This document shows positions 43,068 to 53,196 of a stretch of 64,000 nt of DNA, in pieces. The position numbers and the translations under genes were made by a program. Within the stretch, counting starts at the first letter, position 1; each line of letters begins with the position of its first letter. Location: positions 672,001 through 736,000 of the forward strand of contig CAVXKA010000002.1 in assembly GCA_963762255.1 (NCBI GenBank), read 5' to 3'. The notes below the pieces were generated by a model that worked only from the letters and a program-made list of their open reading frames with translations, did not search any database and had not been told where the DNA came from. The stretch comes from Candidatus Eiseniibacteriota bacterium (GTDB taxonomy: Bacteria > Eisenbacteria > RBG-16-71-46 > JABDJR01).

Positions 43068-43213
43068 CGCACGAGCCCTCGTACCCGCCTCGCCCATCCG
43101 CGCGGGCGAGGAAGATAGCGCGGGGGCCAACCCGTCGCAACCGACGGCCGCCACGCAGGCGTCCATCGTGTAAGCTGGTTGCCACTTCAACCCGGAGAGA
43201 GACCCACGGCGCC

Positions 43214-45157
43214 ATGATCCGACTCAACGACATCAGCTACTCCATCGGCAGGCGCGTCCTGTTCGAGGGGGTCCGCTGGGTCATCGCCCCCGGCGATCGC
43301 GTGGCTCTGATCGGGCCGAACGGCGCCGGCAAGACGACGCTGATCCGGGTCGCTCTGGGCGAACTCACCGCCGACTCCGGGACACGAGTGCTGTCGCGCG
43401 GCACCCGACTGGGCTACCTGCCGCAGGAGGCCGCGGAGCGGTTCGACGGCACGGTGCTGGACCGGGCCATGGAGGCCCACCGTTCGCTCTTGAACATGCG
43501 CGAGGAGTTGGATGCCTTGCATCAGCGGCTGGAGACGATCCAGGCCGACGATCCGGAGCTCGAGACCATCCTCGAGCGGGCGGGCGAGCTGCAGAGTCAC
43601 CTCGAGCTCCTGGACGAGCATTCCCTCGAGCCGGAAGCGCGGCGCGTCTTGTCGGGCCTCGGTTTCTCCAGCGAGGATCAGGATCGGCCGCTGGCGGAGT
43701 TCTCCGGCGGGTGGCGGATGAGAGCCGCGCTGGCCGCGCTTCTCCTGGCCGATCCGACGGTGCTGTTTCTCGACGAGCCGACGAACCATCTCGATCTGCC
43801 GGCCATGGAATGGCTGGAGGACTATCTGGTCGATTTCCACGGTGGGTTGGTGGTGGTTTCGCACGACCGGGTCTTTCTGGACCGGGTGACCGCGGGAATC
43901 CGCGAGCTGGAGCATGGGCTGACCGACTATCCGATGAAGTTCACCGAGTACCTGAACGAGAAGGAAAAGCGGCGGGAGCAAGCCGAGGCGCACAACGTCC
44001 AGGTGGAGCTGAAGGTGGCGCAGTTGAACCGCTTCGTCGAGCGATTCGGCGCGAAGAACACCAAGGCCACGCAGGCGCAGAGCAAGAGGAAGCAGATCGG
44101 GAAGCTCCTGGAGACCCGGAAGGTCATCCCTCGCAAGTCCAAGACGATCACGATCCGGTTCCCCGAGCCTCCGCACGCCGGCCGGATGCTGGTGAACTTG
44201 AAGGATGCGGCCGTCGGCTACGGCGAGAAGACGGTGGTCTCCGGCATCAACCTGACCTTCGAGAAAGGGAGCAAGGTGGCCATCGTCGGCGCCAACGGCG
44301 CGGGCAAGACCACGCTCTTGAAGCTCCTGGCCGGCCAGCTACCGGCTCAATCCGGCGAGAGACAAGTTTTCGATCTGACGCGGATGGCCTGGTTCGCCCA
44401 GCACGCAGCCGAAACACTCGACCGCTCCATGACGGTTCTCGAGGCCGTGGAGGACGTGGCGCCCGAAGCGTGGCGCCCGCGGCTCCGGTCGCTCCTGGGG
44501 AGCTTTCTCTTCTCGGGGGACGATGTCTTCAAGACCTGCGGCATTCTCTCCGGCGGCGAACGGCAGCGCGTGGCGCTCGCCCGAATCCTCGTCACGCCGG
44601 CCAACCTGCTCCTCCTGGACGAGCCGACCCATCATCTCGACATGGCAGGCAAGCAGGTTCTCGAAGAGTCGCTCGAGCAGTACCCGGGCGCGGTCATCGT
44701 CGTCACCCACGACCGGTCGCTGATGGCTCGGCTGGCCACGCGCGTCATTGAGGTCAATGACGGGAAGGCAGTCCTCTACCCCGGTGGCTACGAGGACTAT
44801 GAGGCGGCGCGGTTGGCGCGGAAGGCGGAGGCGGAGCGGGCTCCGGCGCGAACGGGCGATGGGGTGGCCGACGACGATAGGGGCACCGAGCTGCCCGCGC
44901 TCGGGCGCGGGCCCGCACCTTCGTCCGCACACCGCTCACGAAACCGCTCCGATCCCGGCGCGGCGAAGAAGGCCGCCAAGCTGGCGCAGATGGAGCGGGA
45001 GATCGAAACCCGCGAAGCCCGGCTGAGCGCGGTCGAGTCGGAGATGGCGGATCCCGCGGTCTACAGTCAGGGGACACGGATCAAGGAGCTGGTGGCGGAG
45101 CACCGAGGGCTGCTCGACGAACTGGAGTCGCTCTGGCGACAGTTGGACGGGCTATAG
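43214..45157 (+). CDS. ABC-F family ATPase
   Basis: Two ABC cassettes (GPNGAGKT/FSGGW/DEPTNHLD and GANGAGKT/LSGGE/DEPTHHLD), no TM segments, C-terminal coiled coil. Confidence 0.95.
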   Translation: MIRLNDISYSIGRRVLFEGVRWVIAPGDRVALIGPNGAGKTTLIRVALGELTADSGTRVLSRGTRLGYLPQEAAERFDGTVLDRAMEAHRSLLNMREELDALHQRLETIQADDPELETILERAGELQSHLELLDEHSLEPEARRVLSGLGFSSEDQDRPLAEFSGGWRMRAALAALLLADPTVLFLDEPTNHLDLPAMEWLEDYLVDFHGGLVVVSHDRVFLDRVTAGIRELEHGLTDYPMKFTEYLNEKEKRREQAEAHNVQVELKVAQLNRFVERFGAKNTKATQAQSKRKQIGKLLETRKVIPRKSKTITIRFPEPPHAGRMLVNLKDAAVGYGEKTVVSGINLTFEKGSKVAIVGANGAGKTTLLKLLAGQLPAQSGERQVFDLTRMAWFAQHAAETLDRSMTVLEAVEDVAPEAWRPRLRSLLGSFLFSGDDVFKTCGILSGGERQRVALARILVTPANLLLLDEPTHHLDMAGKQVLEESLEQYPGAVIVVTHDRSLMARLATRVIEVNDGKAVLYPGGYEDYEAARLARKAEAERAPARTGDGVADDDRGTELPALGRGPAPSSAHRSRNRSDPGAAKKAAKLAQMEREIETREARLSAVESEMADPAVYSQGTRIKELVAEHRGLLDELESLWRQLDGL

Positions 45158-45294
45158 GTCCGCGGTAGACCCTTGCACGGGTGGGACAGATATCCCCTCG
45201 AAGGCCTCCAAGGGGTCGTGTAGGATTTCCCGACGATCGAGAGAGAGCCCGAACGACCTTCGGAGCCTCGGATTCCCCGAACAGGGTGCCTGGC

Positions 45295-46704
45295 ATGAAC
45301 GCATTGAAGGACATCTACGACAGCTCCCCCCGATTCCTCCAGGATCTTCATGTCAACGCCTTTGGAATCAGGAACCTGCCCAGGTTCAGGAAACGGGATC
45401 GACTGATCCGGGACATCGCCTTCACGGAACGGTTGGACCGGCAGCGCCAGATCGAGTACGTCGAGACGAAGCTGAAGGAGATCATCACCCACGCCGTCAC
45501 CCATGTCCCCTTCTACCGGCAGTTCTCCGGTCTCACGACGGACCTCGATCGCAGGAGCGTCTTCGAGGTTCTCAAAGAGCTTCCCATCACGAACAAGGAG
45601 ACGATCAATCGGGATCCTCGGGCGTTCCTGGCCGAGAATCAGAAGCCCGGCGTGATCTCGAGGACGTCGGGCACGACAGGGACCCCGTTTTCCGTCCACA
45701 TGGACCGGTATACGTTTCTTCTGACCGACGCCCTATGGTGGCGGCGAACTCTGTGGGCGGGCTACGAGAAGGGCGACTGGATCGCCCGACTTGTCGGAGA
45801 CCCCGTCATCCCCCTGAAGGTCAAAGACCCGGTCGAGCCGTGGCGGGTGTCCCACTTCGACCGGAGAATCTACTTCTCCACCTTCCACCTGACCAGGAAG
45901 ACGGCGGTCAGAATCGGGGAGTTCCTGAACCGGCGGAAGCCGGCGTTCGTCATGGGCTACCCCTCCTCGCTCGAAATCCTCTGCAATTACCTGAAGCAGG
46001 CGGGCTTCCGCAGGGACTGGAACCTCAAGAACGTGCTCTTCTCCAGCGAGCCGATGCACGCTCATCAGGAGCTCGTGATCCGCGAGGTCTTCCAATCGGG
46101 AATTCGGGGTTTGTATGGATCGGGCGAGCGTGTGGTTTCCGCCGCCCAATGCGATTTCGGCAACTATCACCTGTCTCTCGTGGACGGGTTCGTCGAGGGC
46201 CAGTTCGGGATCATGGACAGTGTGAAGCCCGCCGCCGTCACCACGCTGACCAACAAGCTCATGCCTCTTATCCGCTACCAGATCGGGGACGAAACCGAGC
46301 TGCAGCCGTCTCTGGCGTGTGCCTGCGGCCGCACACTGCCCGTCGTCTCCCCGGTGATCACCAAGCACGAGGACTACATCATCACGCCTTCGGGGAGAAG
46401 GATCGCTCCCAGCGCCGTCGTCTGGGCTTTCATCCACCAGGAGATCAAGGACATCAACAAGAGCCAGGTGGTGCAGGAGGACGAACGCACGGTCCGGGTC
46501 TATCTGGACACCGACGAGGAGAGCTTCCTCAAGTACCGAGACGTGTTGAAGCACTCCATGGTGGACGTGTTCTTCGGCGAGATGGGGGTGGACGTCGTTC
46601 GGGCCGACCATATCGATGTCCAGCAGTCAGGCAAGTCCCGCTTCATCGTCAACAAGTTGAGGCACAGGTTTCATGATGTATCGACCGGTGCCGACCCCGA
46701 GTAG
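45295..46704 (+). CDS. CapK/phenylacetate-CoA ligase-like adenylate-forming enzyme
   Basis: Motifs HVPFYR, TSGTTGTP, GYPSS, YGSGE and MPLIRYQIGD. Confidence 0.88.
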   Translation: MNALKDIYDSSPRFLQDLHVNAFGIRNLPRFRKRDRLIRDIAFTERLDRQRQIEYVETKLKEIITHAVTHVPFYRQFSGLTTDLDRRSVFEVLKELPITNKETINRDPRAFLAENQKPGVISRTSGTTGTPFSVHMDRYTFLLTDALWWRRTLWAGYEKGDWIARLVGDPVIPLKVKDPVEPWRVSHFDRRIYFSTFHLTRKTAVRIGEFLNRRKPAFVMGYPSSLEILCNYLKQAGFRRDWNLKNVLFSSEPMHAHQELVIREVFQSGIRGLYGSGERVVSAAQCDFGNYHLSLVDGFVEGQFGIMDSVKPAAVTTLTNKLMPLIRYQIGDETELQPSLACACGRTLPVVSPVITKHEDYIITPSGRRIAPSAVVWAFIHQEIKDINKSQVVQEDERTVRVYLDTDEESFLKYRDVLKHSMVDVFFGEMGVDVVRADHIDVQQSGKSRFIVNKLRHRFHDVSTGADPE

Positions 46705-46728
46705 CCGCATGCCGAAGCGGGCGGATGG

Positions 46729-47751
46729 ATGAAGAAGATCCTCTTCGTCGGCGGGACCACGGGCGGCGGCGTCGCCACGATCAACAACGAGGTGATCAGG
46801 ATCTTCCGTGACGCCGGCTACGAGTACCGGCTCGTGGATACGGAGAAGATGAAGTCGCGCTGGCCGGCTCCGGTGGCCTATTTCCTCTCCTACGTCCTCA
46901 CCCTGGCCAAGATCGTCTCTTTCCGGCCCCGCGTCGTCTACCTGCAGATCGCCCAGACCGGCTATCTCCATCAGAGCCTGTTCCTGCTGATTGCCAAGCT
47001 CGCCCGCCGCGAGACGGTGGCCCACTTTCATGCGAAGTCGAATCTGCGGGGATCGTGCACTCCACAGCAATTCAGGAGGATCCTCTTCTCGGAGAGGTAC
47101 ATCGACCAGATGATCCTGCTGACCGAGCCGTGCCGGCGCTGCCTGATCGACGGCGGTTGGACCAAGCCGACCCATGTGGTTCCGAACTTCATCAGTGTCG
47201 AGGACTTGCCGTCGGAGTTTCGACCCGTGGGCGAGCGGCGGAAGTGCCTGTACATCGGTCGGATGGATTGGGAGAAGGGCATCTTTGAAGTCCTCAAGAT
47301 CGCGCGACGTCTGCCTGAGGAGCAATTCGTGTTTGTCGGCAACTTCGCCGACCCGGCACAGCAGGAGCGGTTCACGCGTGAGCTGCAGACGACGAGCAAC
47401 GCCAGTTGGCTGGGACCTCTCTACGGCCGCGACAAGTACAGCGTCATCGCCGCATCGAAGATCCTCGTGTTCCCGACGAGGAGGGACGAATTCCCCATGA
47501 CGCTCATCGAGGCCACCATCCTGGGTTGCGTCCCCCTCGTGAGTCCGGTGGGATCTGTAGGGGAGATCGTCAGAGACGGTTTCAACGGGGTGACCATCGA
47601 TCCGGATGACGTCGACGGCATCGTCCGCAAGATCCACGATCTCAGAGACGGTGAGCACCTGCAGCGGATGTCGGCGAACGGCATCGAGTACGCGCGAACC
47701 CACTTCACGAGCGATGCGGTGCGGGAGCGGATCCTGGGGATCGTAGGCTGA
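46729..47751 (+). CDS. GT4 glycosyltransferase
   Basis: Motifs VVPNFI, IGRMDWEKG, DEFPMTLIEA and VGSVGEIV. Confidence 0.88.
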   Translation: MKKILFVGGTTGGGVATINNEVIRIFRDAGYEYRLVDTEKMKSRWPAPVAYFLSYVLTLAKIVSFRPRVVYLQIAQTGYLHQSLFLLIAKLARRETVAHFHAKSNLRGSCTPQQFRRILFSERYIDQMILLTEPCRRCLIDGGWTKPTHVVPNFISVEDLPSEFRPVGERRKCLYIGRMDWEKGIFEVLKIARRLPEEQFVFVGNFADPAQQERFTRELQTTSNASWLGPLYGRDKYSVIAASKILVFPTRRDEFPMTLIEATILGCVPLVSPVGSVGEIVRDGFNGVTIDPDDVDGIVRKIHDLRDGEHLQRMSANGIEYARTHFTSDAVRERILGIVG

Positions 47752-47752
47752 C

Positions 47753-48850
47753 ATGGTCAGAATCAACTTCATGGGCGACGTGATGTTCGCGGAGCTGCTG
47801 GAGACCTACCGGCGGGGCCTCGTCACCACCCTGGACCGCGAGGGAATCGATCCCTTCGAACACGCCCGGCCGGCGCTGGAGCGGGGCGACCTCAACGTCA
47901 TCAACCTCGAATGCGTCCTCAGCGATCGGTCCCGGCTCCACAAGCCGTTCGCGAACATCCTGATCTCTCCGGAGCGATACCTCAGGTTCCTGGTCGACAA
48001 CCGGATCAACGTCGTCACCACCGCCAACAACCACGCCCTCGATCACGGGATCGAGGCCTTGGGGCACTCGATCGAGCTGCTCGGATCCCATGGGATCGCG
48101 GTGATGGGCTACCAGCCGGGCGACTACTTCCAGCGCGCGCCGGTCGTCCTGGAAGTGAAGGGGCGGAAGGTCGGATTCCTCGGCTACAACATCTCCAACT
48201 TCCCCATCGATGACAAACGCAAGGTCGTCGACAGGATCAAGAGCACGATTGCAGAGTCGCGCGGTTCGGCGGACACGCTGGTCGTCTCGATGCACTGGGG
48301 GGAGGAGTACTCCAACATACCGCCCCCCTACGTCATCCGGTTCGGGCGGGAGATCCTGGACGCCGGCTGCGACATCCTGCACGGGCACCACTCGCACCAG
48401 ATCCAGGGCGTGCTGCAGGACCGGAACCGGATCTTCGCACCCAGCCTCGGCAATTTCGTGTTCGACCAGATGATCGGGCCGAACCGGATCACCGCGATCC
48501 TGAGCGTTGCCGTGGGTGAGGATTCCCTGGCCTACGAGTACCTGCCGTACTACCTCAACCGCCGCTTCCAACCCGAACCCGCCCCGAGATACGGGGCATA
48601 TATCGAGGAGATCAACCGCTATCTGGCGGAGAGCTACACAATCGGAAGCGAGGAGCGGTACGCGCAGAGAATCGCTTCTCGGGTGCGGGACGGGCACCGC
48701 CGGAACCGAATCAGGATGCGGCTCAAGATGCTGGGCCACTTCTGGACCTACCTCCCCTATCGGAAGGAGATCCAGGAGTTCCGCGCCAGGCGAATGAAGC
48801 TCTTCTCCGTGATCCACGGTGAGGAGAGCCTGCCGAAGCGCCAGCCCTAG
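47753..48850 (+). CDS. CapA/PGA_cap metallophosphoesterase-family protein
   Basis: Motifs GDVM, NLE, ANNHALDHG, HWGEE, GHHSH and SLGNFVFD. Confidence 0.9.
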   Translation: MVRINFMGDVMFAELLETYRRGLVTTLDREGIDPFEHARPALERGDLNVINLECVLSDRSRLHKPFANILISPERYLRFLVDNRINVVTTANNHALDHGIEALGHSIELLGSHGIAVMGYQPGDYFQRAPVVLEVKGRKVGFLGYNISNFPIDDKRKVVDRIKSTIAESRGSADTLVVSMHWGEEYSNIPPPYVIRFGREILDAGCDILHGHHSHQIQGVLQDRNRIFAPSLGNFVFDQMIGPNRITAILSVAVGEDSLAYEYLPYYLNRRFQPEPAPRYGAYIEEINRYLAESYTIGSEERYAQRIASRVRDGHRRNRIRMRLKMLGHFWTYLPYRKEIQEFRARRMKLFSVIHGEESLPKRQP

Positions 48851-48890
48851 TCCGGGGAGGGCCGGGCGAGAGCCGGGCCGCCGGCGCGAG

Positions 48891-49964
48891 CTACCCGCGC
48901 TTGAGCACTTCCAAGTAGATCTCCGAGGCCCGCTCGATCATCCTCGCCACCGAGAACTCCGTTTCGATCCGCTTCCGTCCGGCTTGACCCATGGCGAGCG
49001 CCTTCTCCCGGTTCGCTTCGAGCCAGAGGAGCTTCTCGACGAGGGCGTCCGCGTCGGACGGCGGGATCAGGAAACCCGTGACCCCGTCGATCACCAGCTC
49101 CCTGTTCCCTCCCTGGTCGGTGCATACCACCGGAAGGCCGGCGGCCATGTATTCCATGATGCTATTGGATAGCCCTTCACCATAGGTCGACAGGAGAACG
49201 CCTACGCGGGCGCAATCGTAGTGGTCCAAGACCTCGGGTGCGCGCCCGGGAAAGAAGAACCGGCCCGCCTCGATCATGTCCGAGGCTGAGGACACCAGAA
49301 CGTCGAAATCCGGTCCGTTCCCGAGGGCGGTGAAGATGGCGACGGATTGCCGGCCGGCCACGATCTTTCTCGCGGCTTGGACGAACATGGGGAAGTCCTT
49401 GCGATCGTCCATCGTGGCGGTCATGACGACGTGAAACGAGTCGCTGGGGTGAGTACCGCGGCCGGCACGTTCCAGGCGCTTTGGGTCGAATCCGTTGTAG
49501 AGGACCCGGCCGCGGTCGGGCGCGACGCCGAAGGCCGCCAGACCGGCCCTGCTGTTGGCGATCGTCAGGTTCCCCAGCGAGCTGGCGATCTTCAAGTGCA
49601 AGGCCCTGCGCGGCGGAATCATCCCGCGTCGAATCACGCCCGAGACATGGGGAAGCCTCCACCGCTTGCAACAGATCTCGGCCGCGAAGGACGACATCCA
49701 ACCCCAGGAATGCACGACATCGGGCTTCAGCCCGCCCATCTCGTTCCAGAGGGGGACGATTGGAGAGATGTCGAGCCGGAACTTTCGCGGGGAGATGACC
49801 AGGGGGATTCCGGCGTCCCGCAGTTCCCGTGCGAACAAGCCGCCTTCCAACGCGAAGACGGACACCTCCCACGGGTCGCGCAGGGAGGTGGCCAGAAGCG
49901 TCAACTGCCGCTCCGCGCCCCCCCCACCGAGACTGTCGCAGACCATCAGGATTCTCTTCGGCAC
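48891..49964 (-). CDS. GT4 glycosyltransferase
   Basis: Motifs GGAERQ, YNGFD and [18 protein letters not shown]. Confidence 0.9.
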   Translation of the reverse strand: MPKRILMVCDSLGGGGAERQLTLLATSLRDPWEVSVFALEGGLFARELRDAGIPLVISPRKFRLDISPIVPLWNEMGGLKPDVVHSWGWMSSFAAEICCKRWRLPHVSGVIRRGMIPPRRALHLKIASSLGNLTIANSRAGLAAFGVAPDRGRVLYNGFDPKRLERAGRGTHPSDSFHVVMTATMDDRKDFPMFVQAARKIVAGRQSVAIFTALGNGPDFDVLVSSASDMIEAGRFFFPGRAPEVLDHYDCARVGVLLSTYGEGLSNSIMEYMAAGLPVVCTDQGGNRELVIDGVTGFLIPPSDADALVEKLLWLEANREKALAMGQAGRKRIETEFSVARMIERASEIYLEVLKRG

Positions 49965-50117
49965 CGGCGGAGGGTAACGCGAAGCCCTCGGCTAAGCAAC
50001 GAGGCCGACCCCGCTCGTGGTCCTGGTGGCGCCCGGGGAGAGGCTGGGCGGTCGGCCTTTTCCCGGGATGAGAAACCGGACAAATGCAGTAGTGTTTACC
50101 TACGCGGGAGGAAGCCA

Positions 50118-50726
50118 ATGGGTCGGAAGCTGGTGAGAATCTTCGGAGTGGTGGTTGTGGCCGGAGCCGCCCTGGCGCTGCTCCGAATCGTACCTGGCCG
50201 ATCAGGGGAGACGCAGATGAGCAATGAGAGCGAGAGGAACGACGCCGGCGCGAAGACGGCCAAGCCACCGAAGGATGAGCTCAAGCGCACGCTCGATCCC
50301 CTTCAGTACCAAGTCACCCAGGAGTGCGGCACCGAGCCGGCGTTCCACAATGCCTACTGGGACAACCACGAGCCCGGCATCTACGTGGATGTGGTATCGG
50401 GTGAGCCGCTCTTCAGCTCGTTGGACAAGTTCGACTCCGGAAGCGGCTGGCCGAGTTTCACGCGCCCCTTGATCCAGGAAAACGTCACCGAGCACGGGGA
50501 CGTCTCGTTCGGGATGCGGCGCACCGAGGTCCGCTCGCGGGAAGCCGACTCGCACCTCGGCCACGTCTTCGACGACGGACCCGGACCGGAGGGGCTCCGC
50601 TACTGCATCAACTCCGCGTCTCTCCGGTTCATCCCGGTGGACAGCCTGGAGGCACTGGGCTACGGAGCGTATCTCGCACTGTTCCGTGCCGACTCGGTCG
50701 GGGCGGGGCCGGACGAATCCCGGTAG
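50118..50726 (+). CDS. msrB: Peptide-methionine (R)-S-oxide reductase with N-terminal export/anchor segment
   Basis: Motifs [28 protein letters not shown] and RYCINS. GGGAGG RBS before ATG 50118; alternative start at 50217. Confidence 0.93.
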   Translation: MGRKLVRIFGVVVVAGAALALLRIVPGRSGETQMSNESERNDAGAKTAKPPKDELKRTLDPLQYQVTQECGTEPAFHNAYWDNHEPGIYVDVVSGEPLFSSLDKFDSGSGWPSFTRPLIQENVTEHGDVSFGMRRTEVRSREADSHLGHVFDDGPGPEGLRYCINSASLRFIPVDSLEALGYGAYLALFRADSVGAGPDESR

Positions 50727-51592
50727 GTCGGGCTCGACAGCACTTCCTCGCACGTCCCCCACCGGTACTCGCGCAGCAGCGCGCGCAGCTTCCGCTCGGT
50801 CGTGTTGAGACCCACGGTGCACTTGAACCGCCGCACGAGCGGCATCGGAACGCGGGGGGCGTCCGAGGCGAAGTCGCGGGGATGAAGGTAGACAACGGTA
50901 GGCCGTCCTGCCGCAGACTCCCGGCGGATGCCGTGCCGGATGAGCGACAGCGGCAAGAGCCGCAGGTATCCACCGCCGCTATAGCAGACCCGCGCACCAC
51001 CCAGGCTCGCGACAGAGATCGGCAACTCCCGCAGGGTCCGTCCGCTGGGAGCGGTGATGGTGTGCGGCCCGCGCGGGCATGGATAGCCGCCGTGACCCCG
51101 GGGCGCCGGGAAGAGGCTCGAGTCGTAGGTCAGGCCGGCGTCCAGCAGCGTGTCGAATGCCCACTCGGTGCCGGGCGTGATCGAGAACGACGGCGCGCGA
51201 AAGCCGCGGATGACAATGCCGGGGCCGGCCGCCGCTCGGATCGCATCAAGCGACTCGCGCAGGTCCGCGGCGAACGCCGCCGGCGTCAGGTCGTAGATCT
51301 TGCGGTGCCAATACGAGTGCGTACCGATCTCGTGCCCCGCCTCCGCGATCCGGCGGATCAGCGCCGGGTGCCGCTCCGCAACCCACCCGAGCACGAAGAA
51401 CGTCGCGCGCGTTTCGTGCTCGGCGCACACGCGCAGGATCAGGTCGGTGTACCGCTCGACGATCGACGACTCGTCGCTCAAGCGCGGCCAGTCGGCCGGG
51501 TCGCGAACGGCCTCGATCTCGACCAAGTGAAACCAGTCCTCGATGTCGAACGACAGCGCGTGCATGGGCTCGGCGGGTGGGGTCGCGTTCAT
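50660..51592 (-). CDS. Polysaccharide deacetylase (DUF3473/XrtA-associated type)
   Basis: Motifs [41 protein letters not shown] and YLHP. Confidence 0.9.
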   Translation of the reverse strand: MNATPPAEPMHALSFDIEDWFHLVEIEAVRDPADWPRLSDESSIVERYTDLILRVCAEHETRATFFVLGWVAERHPALIRRIAEAGHEIGTHSYWHRKIYDLTPAAFAADLRESLDAIRAAAGPGIVIRGFRAPSFSITPGTEWAFDTLLDAGLTYDSSLFPAPRGHGGYPCPRGPHTITAPSGRTLRELPISVASLGGARVCYSGGGYLRLLPLSLIRHGIRRESAAGRPTVVYLHPRDFASDAPRVPMPLVRRFKCTVGLNTTERKLRALLREYRWGTCEEVLSSPTYRDSSGPAPTESARNSARYAP

Positions 51593-52245
51593 GGGGCGGC
51601 CGGAGCGATGTCGAGGGTCACGAAGTAGTCTCTGGCGATGCGCTCGATCCGAACACGGCCGGGGTCGTACCCGGCGAACAACTCTTTCAGATGAGCACGG
51701 CTGTACAGGAACAGATCGCACCGGTTGCGGTAGCGCACCCGGCGCTGCCAGGCGAGGAATCCCCCGGCGGCAGGAAAGCTGAACATCACGCGGCGTCGCG
51801 CCAGCGAGGCCGCGCGCTCGATGACCGTCTTCGGGTCAGCCATGTAATCCATGAACCCTGTGAGGATGACGTAGTCGAAGGTCTCCCGGAACGGGTGGGT
51901 CAAGAAGTCGCCCAGCACGAACTCGCAGGGCGGCACGACGCCCGCTTCGGTGGCGTGTCGGCGGGCGACGCCAAGCATGCCCTCCGCGAAGTCGATCCCG
52001 AGGACGCGCCCCGCGCCGCGACGGGCGAACGTGATCGCGTAATGACCCGGTCCGGTCCCGACGTCGAGGACCGAGCGCCCCGCGACCGGATCGCAGGCGG
52101 CGACGGATCTCTCGAACCTCAGGCGCACGGACTTGCGCAGGTGCCGGTTCAAGAGCCGGTTGAGGAACGTGTTCTTGTTGCCGTAGATCGCGTCAAAGTC
52201 GCCGGCGTAGGAGTCGAAGAACTCGGACACGCTCGTCTTGACCAT
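51589..52245 (-). CDS. Class I SAM-dependent methyltransferase
   Basis: Motifs VLDVGTGPG, GIDFAEGM and FDY. Confidence 0.88.
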   Translation of the reverse strand: MVKTSVSEFFDSYAGDFDAIYGNKNTFLNRLLNRHLRKSVRLRFERSVAACDPVAGRSVLDVGTGPGHYAITFARRGAGRVLGIDFAEGMLGVARRHATEAGVVPPCEFVLGDFLTHPFRETFDYVILTGFMDYMADPKTVIERAASLARRRVMFSFPAAGGFLAWQRRVRYRNRCDLFLYSRAHLKELFAGYDPGRVRIERIARDYFVTLDIAPAAP

Positions 52246-52342
52246 GGTTGCCCTTCTGCTCCTTGAGGCACAGACGCTTGAGGGATTCTAGCGCGCATGC
52301 GGCACGAAGAAGAACTCGTTCAAGTGCCGGCGTTGCCCGAGC

Positions 52343-52843
52343 CTACCTGCGCACGGGGGATTCCATCGAGCCCTTGCCGCGTCCGAGGCGGTTCACGGCT
52401 CGCTTCTGAAGCAGGTGGAAGGCGAATCCGAACACGCTTCCGACCACCAGGGACACTCCCAGGAAGGCGATGACGTCGGCCGCTCGGCCAGTGATGGTGA
52501 AGAAGAGGAACCGGATGTCGTCGGTGACAAATCGCATGCCGGTTGTGTACGAGATCGAGAAACGCACGACCCCCCACAGGAGCAGCCCGAAGACGGCGCC
52601 TATGCCAAGGGCACGGTTGGGCGTTGTCATGAAGCGTCCGAGACTCACTCCGAATAGCATTCCGATGATGCCCGAGGGAATCACGACCACGAGTCCCAAC
52701 ACCGTGGCCGGCCAGTCGGAGCGGCGGGTCATCGCGGCGACAAGCACGTGGAAGGCTGCCGCGGCCAACCCGAAGAGAATCCCGACCAGGCATCCCAGGG
52801 ACGCGCGTCTCTCGCTGCTAGCCGGGGTTGGGTCGGGCTCCAT
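52343..52843 (-). CDS. Small multi-pass membrane protein
   Basis: GAGGGGAG RBS before ATG 52843; about 4 hydrophobic helices. Confidence 0.7.
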   Translation of the reverse strand: MEPDPTPASSERRASLGCLVGILFGLAAAAFHVLVAAMTRRSDWPATVLGLVVVIPSGIIGMLFGVSLGRFMTTPNRALGIGAVFGLLLWGVVRFSISYTTGMRFVTDDIRFLFFTITGRAADVIAFLGVSLVVGSVFGFAFHLLQKRAVNRLGRGKGSMESPVRR

Positions 52844-52902
52844 TCGTACTCCCCTCTCTGCGCGCACGGCCGGATCGAGTGCGGGCACGCGTTCGTCTTG
52901 AG

Positions 52903-53170
52903 CTACGGCAAGAACTTCTCCGGGTGCGCGAGCTTCTCCGGCAGATAGGTCTCGATCACGTAGTTGAGCCCATGCTTGGCCAGCGCCTGCTGCTCGGCGC
53001 GCACCTCCATGCGGATCAACTGCTCCAGCGCCCGCTGCCACTCACGATGGTGCTGCACGAACGGATCGTTCTTGATCGCGTCCCGCGCGCGCTTGACGTC
53101 CACATCGGTCAACGGATGCGTCGGCAGCTCGTAGTCGATGATGTCCTGCGGCGTCACCCCAAGGAACCGC
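52903..53170 (-). repeat. Orphan copy of the 3' end of the topo VI A gene (direct repeat of 63244-63510)
   Basis: 268 bp. Hand alignment gives 19 substitutions and 1 indel against 63244-63510. Encodes RFLGVTPQDII…HPEKFLP*. Confidence 0.95.
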
Positions 53171-53196
53171 CTTCGCGACAGATAGGCCGTGCGGCC

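Noticed and set aside
52903-53157. 84-aa ORF as an expressed mini-protein
   Set aside because: It is the orphan top6A tail; the GTG is an internal Val with no convincing RBS.
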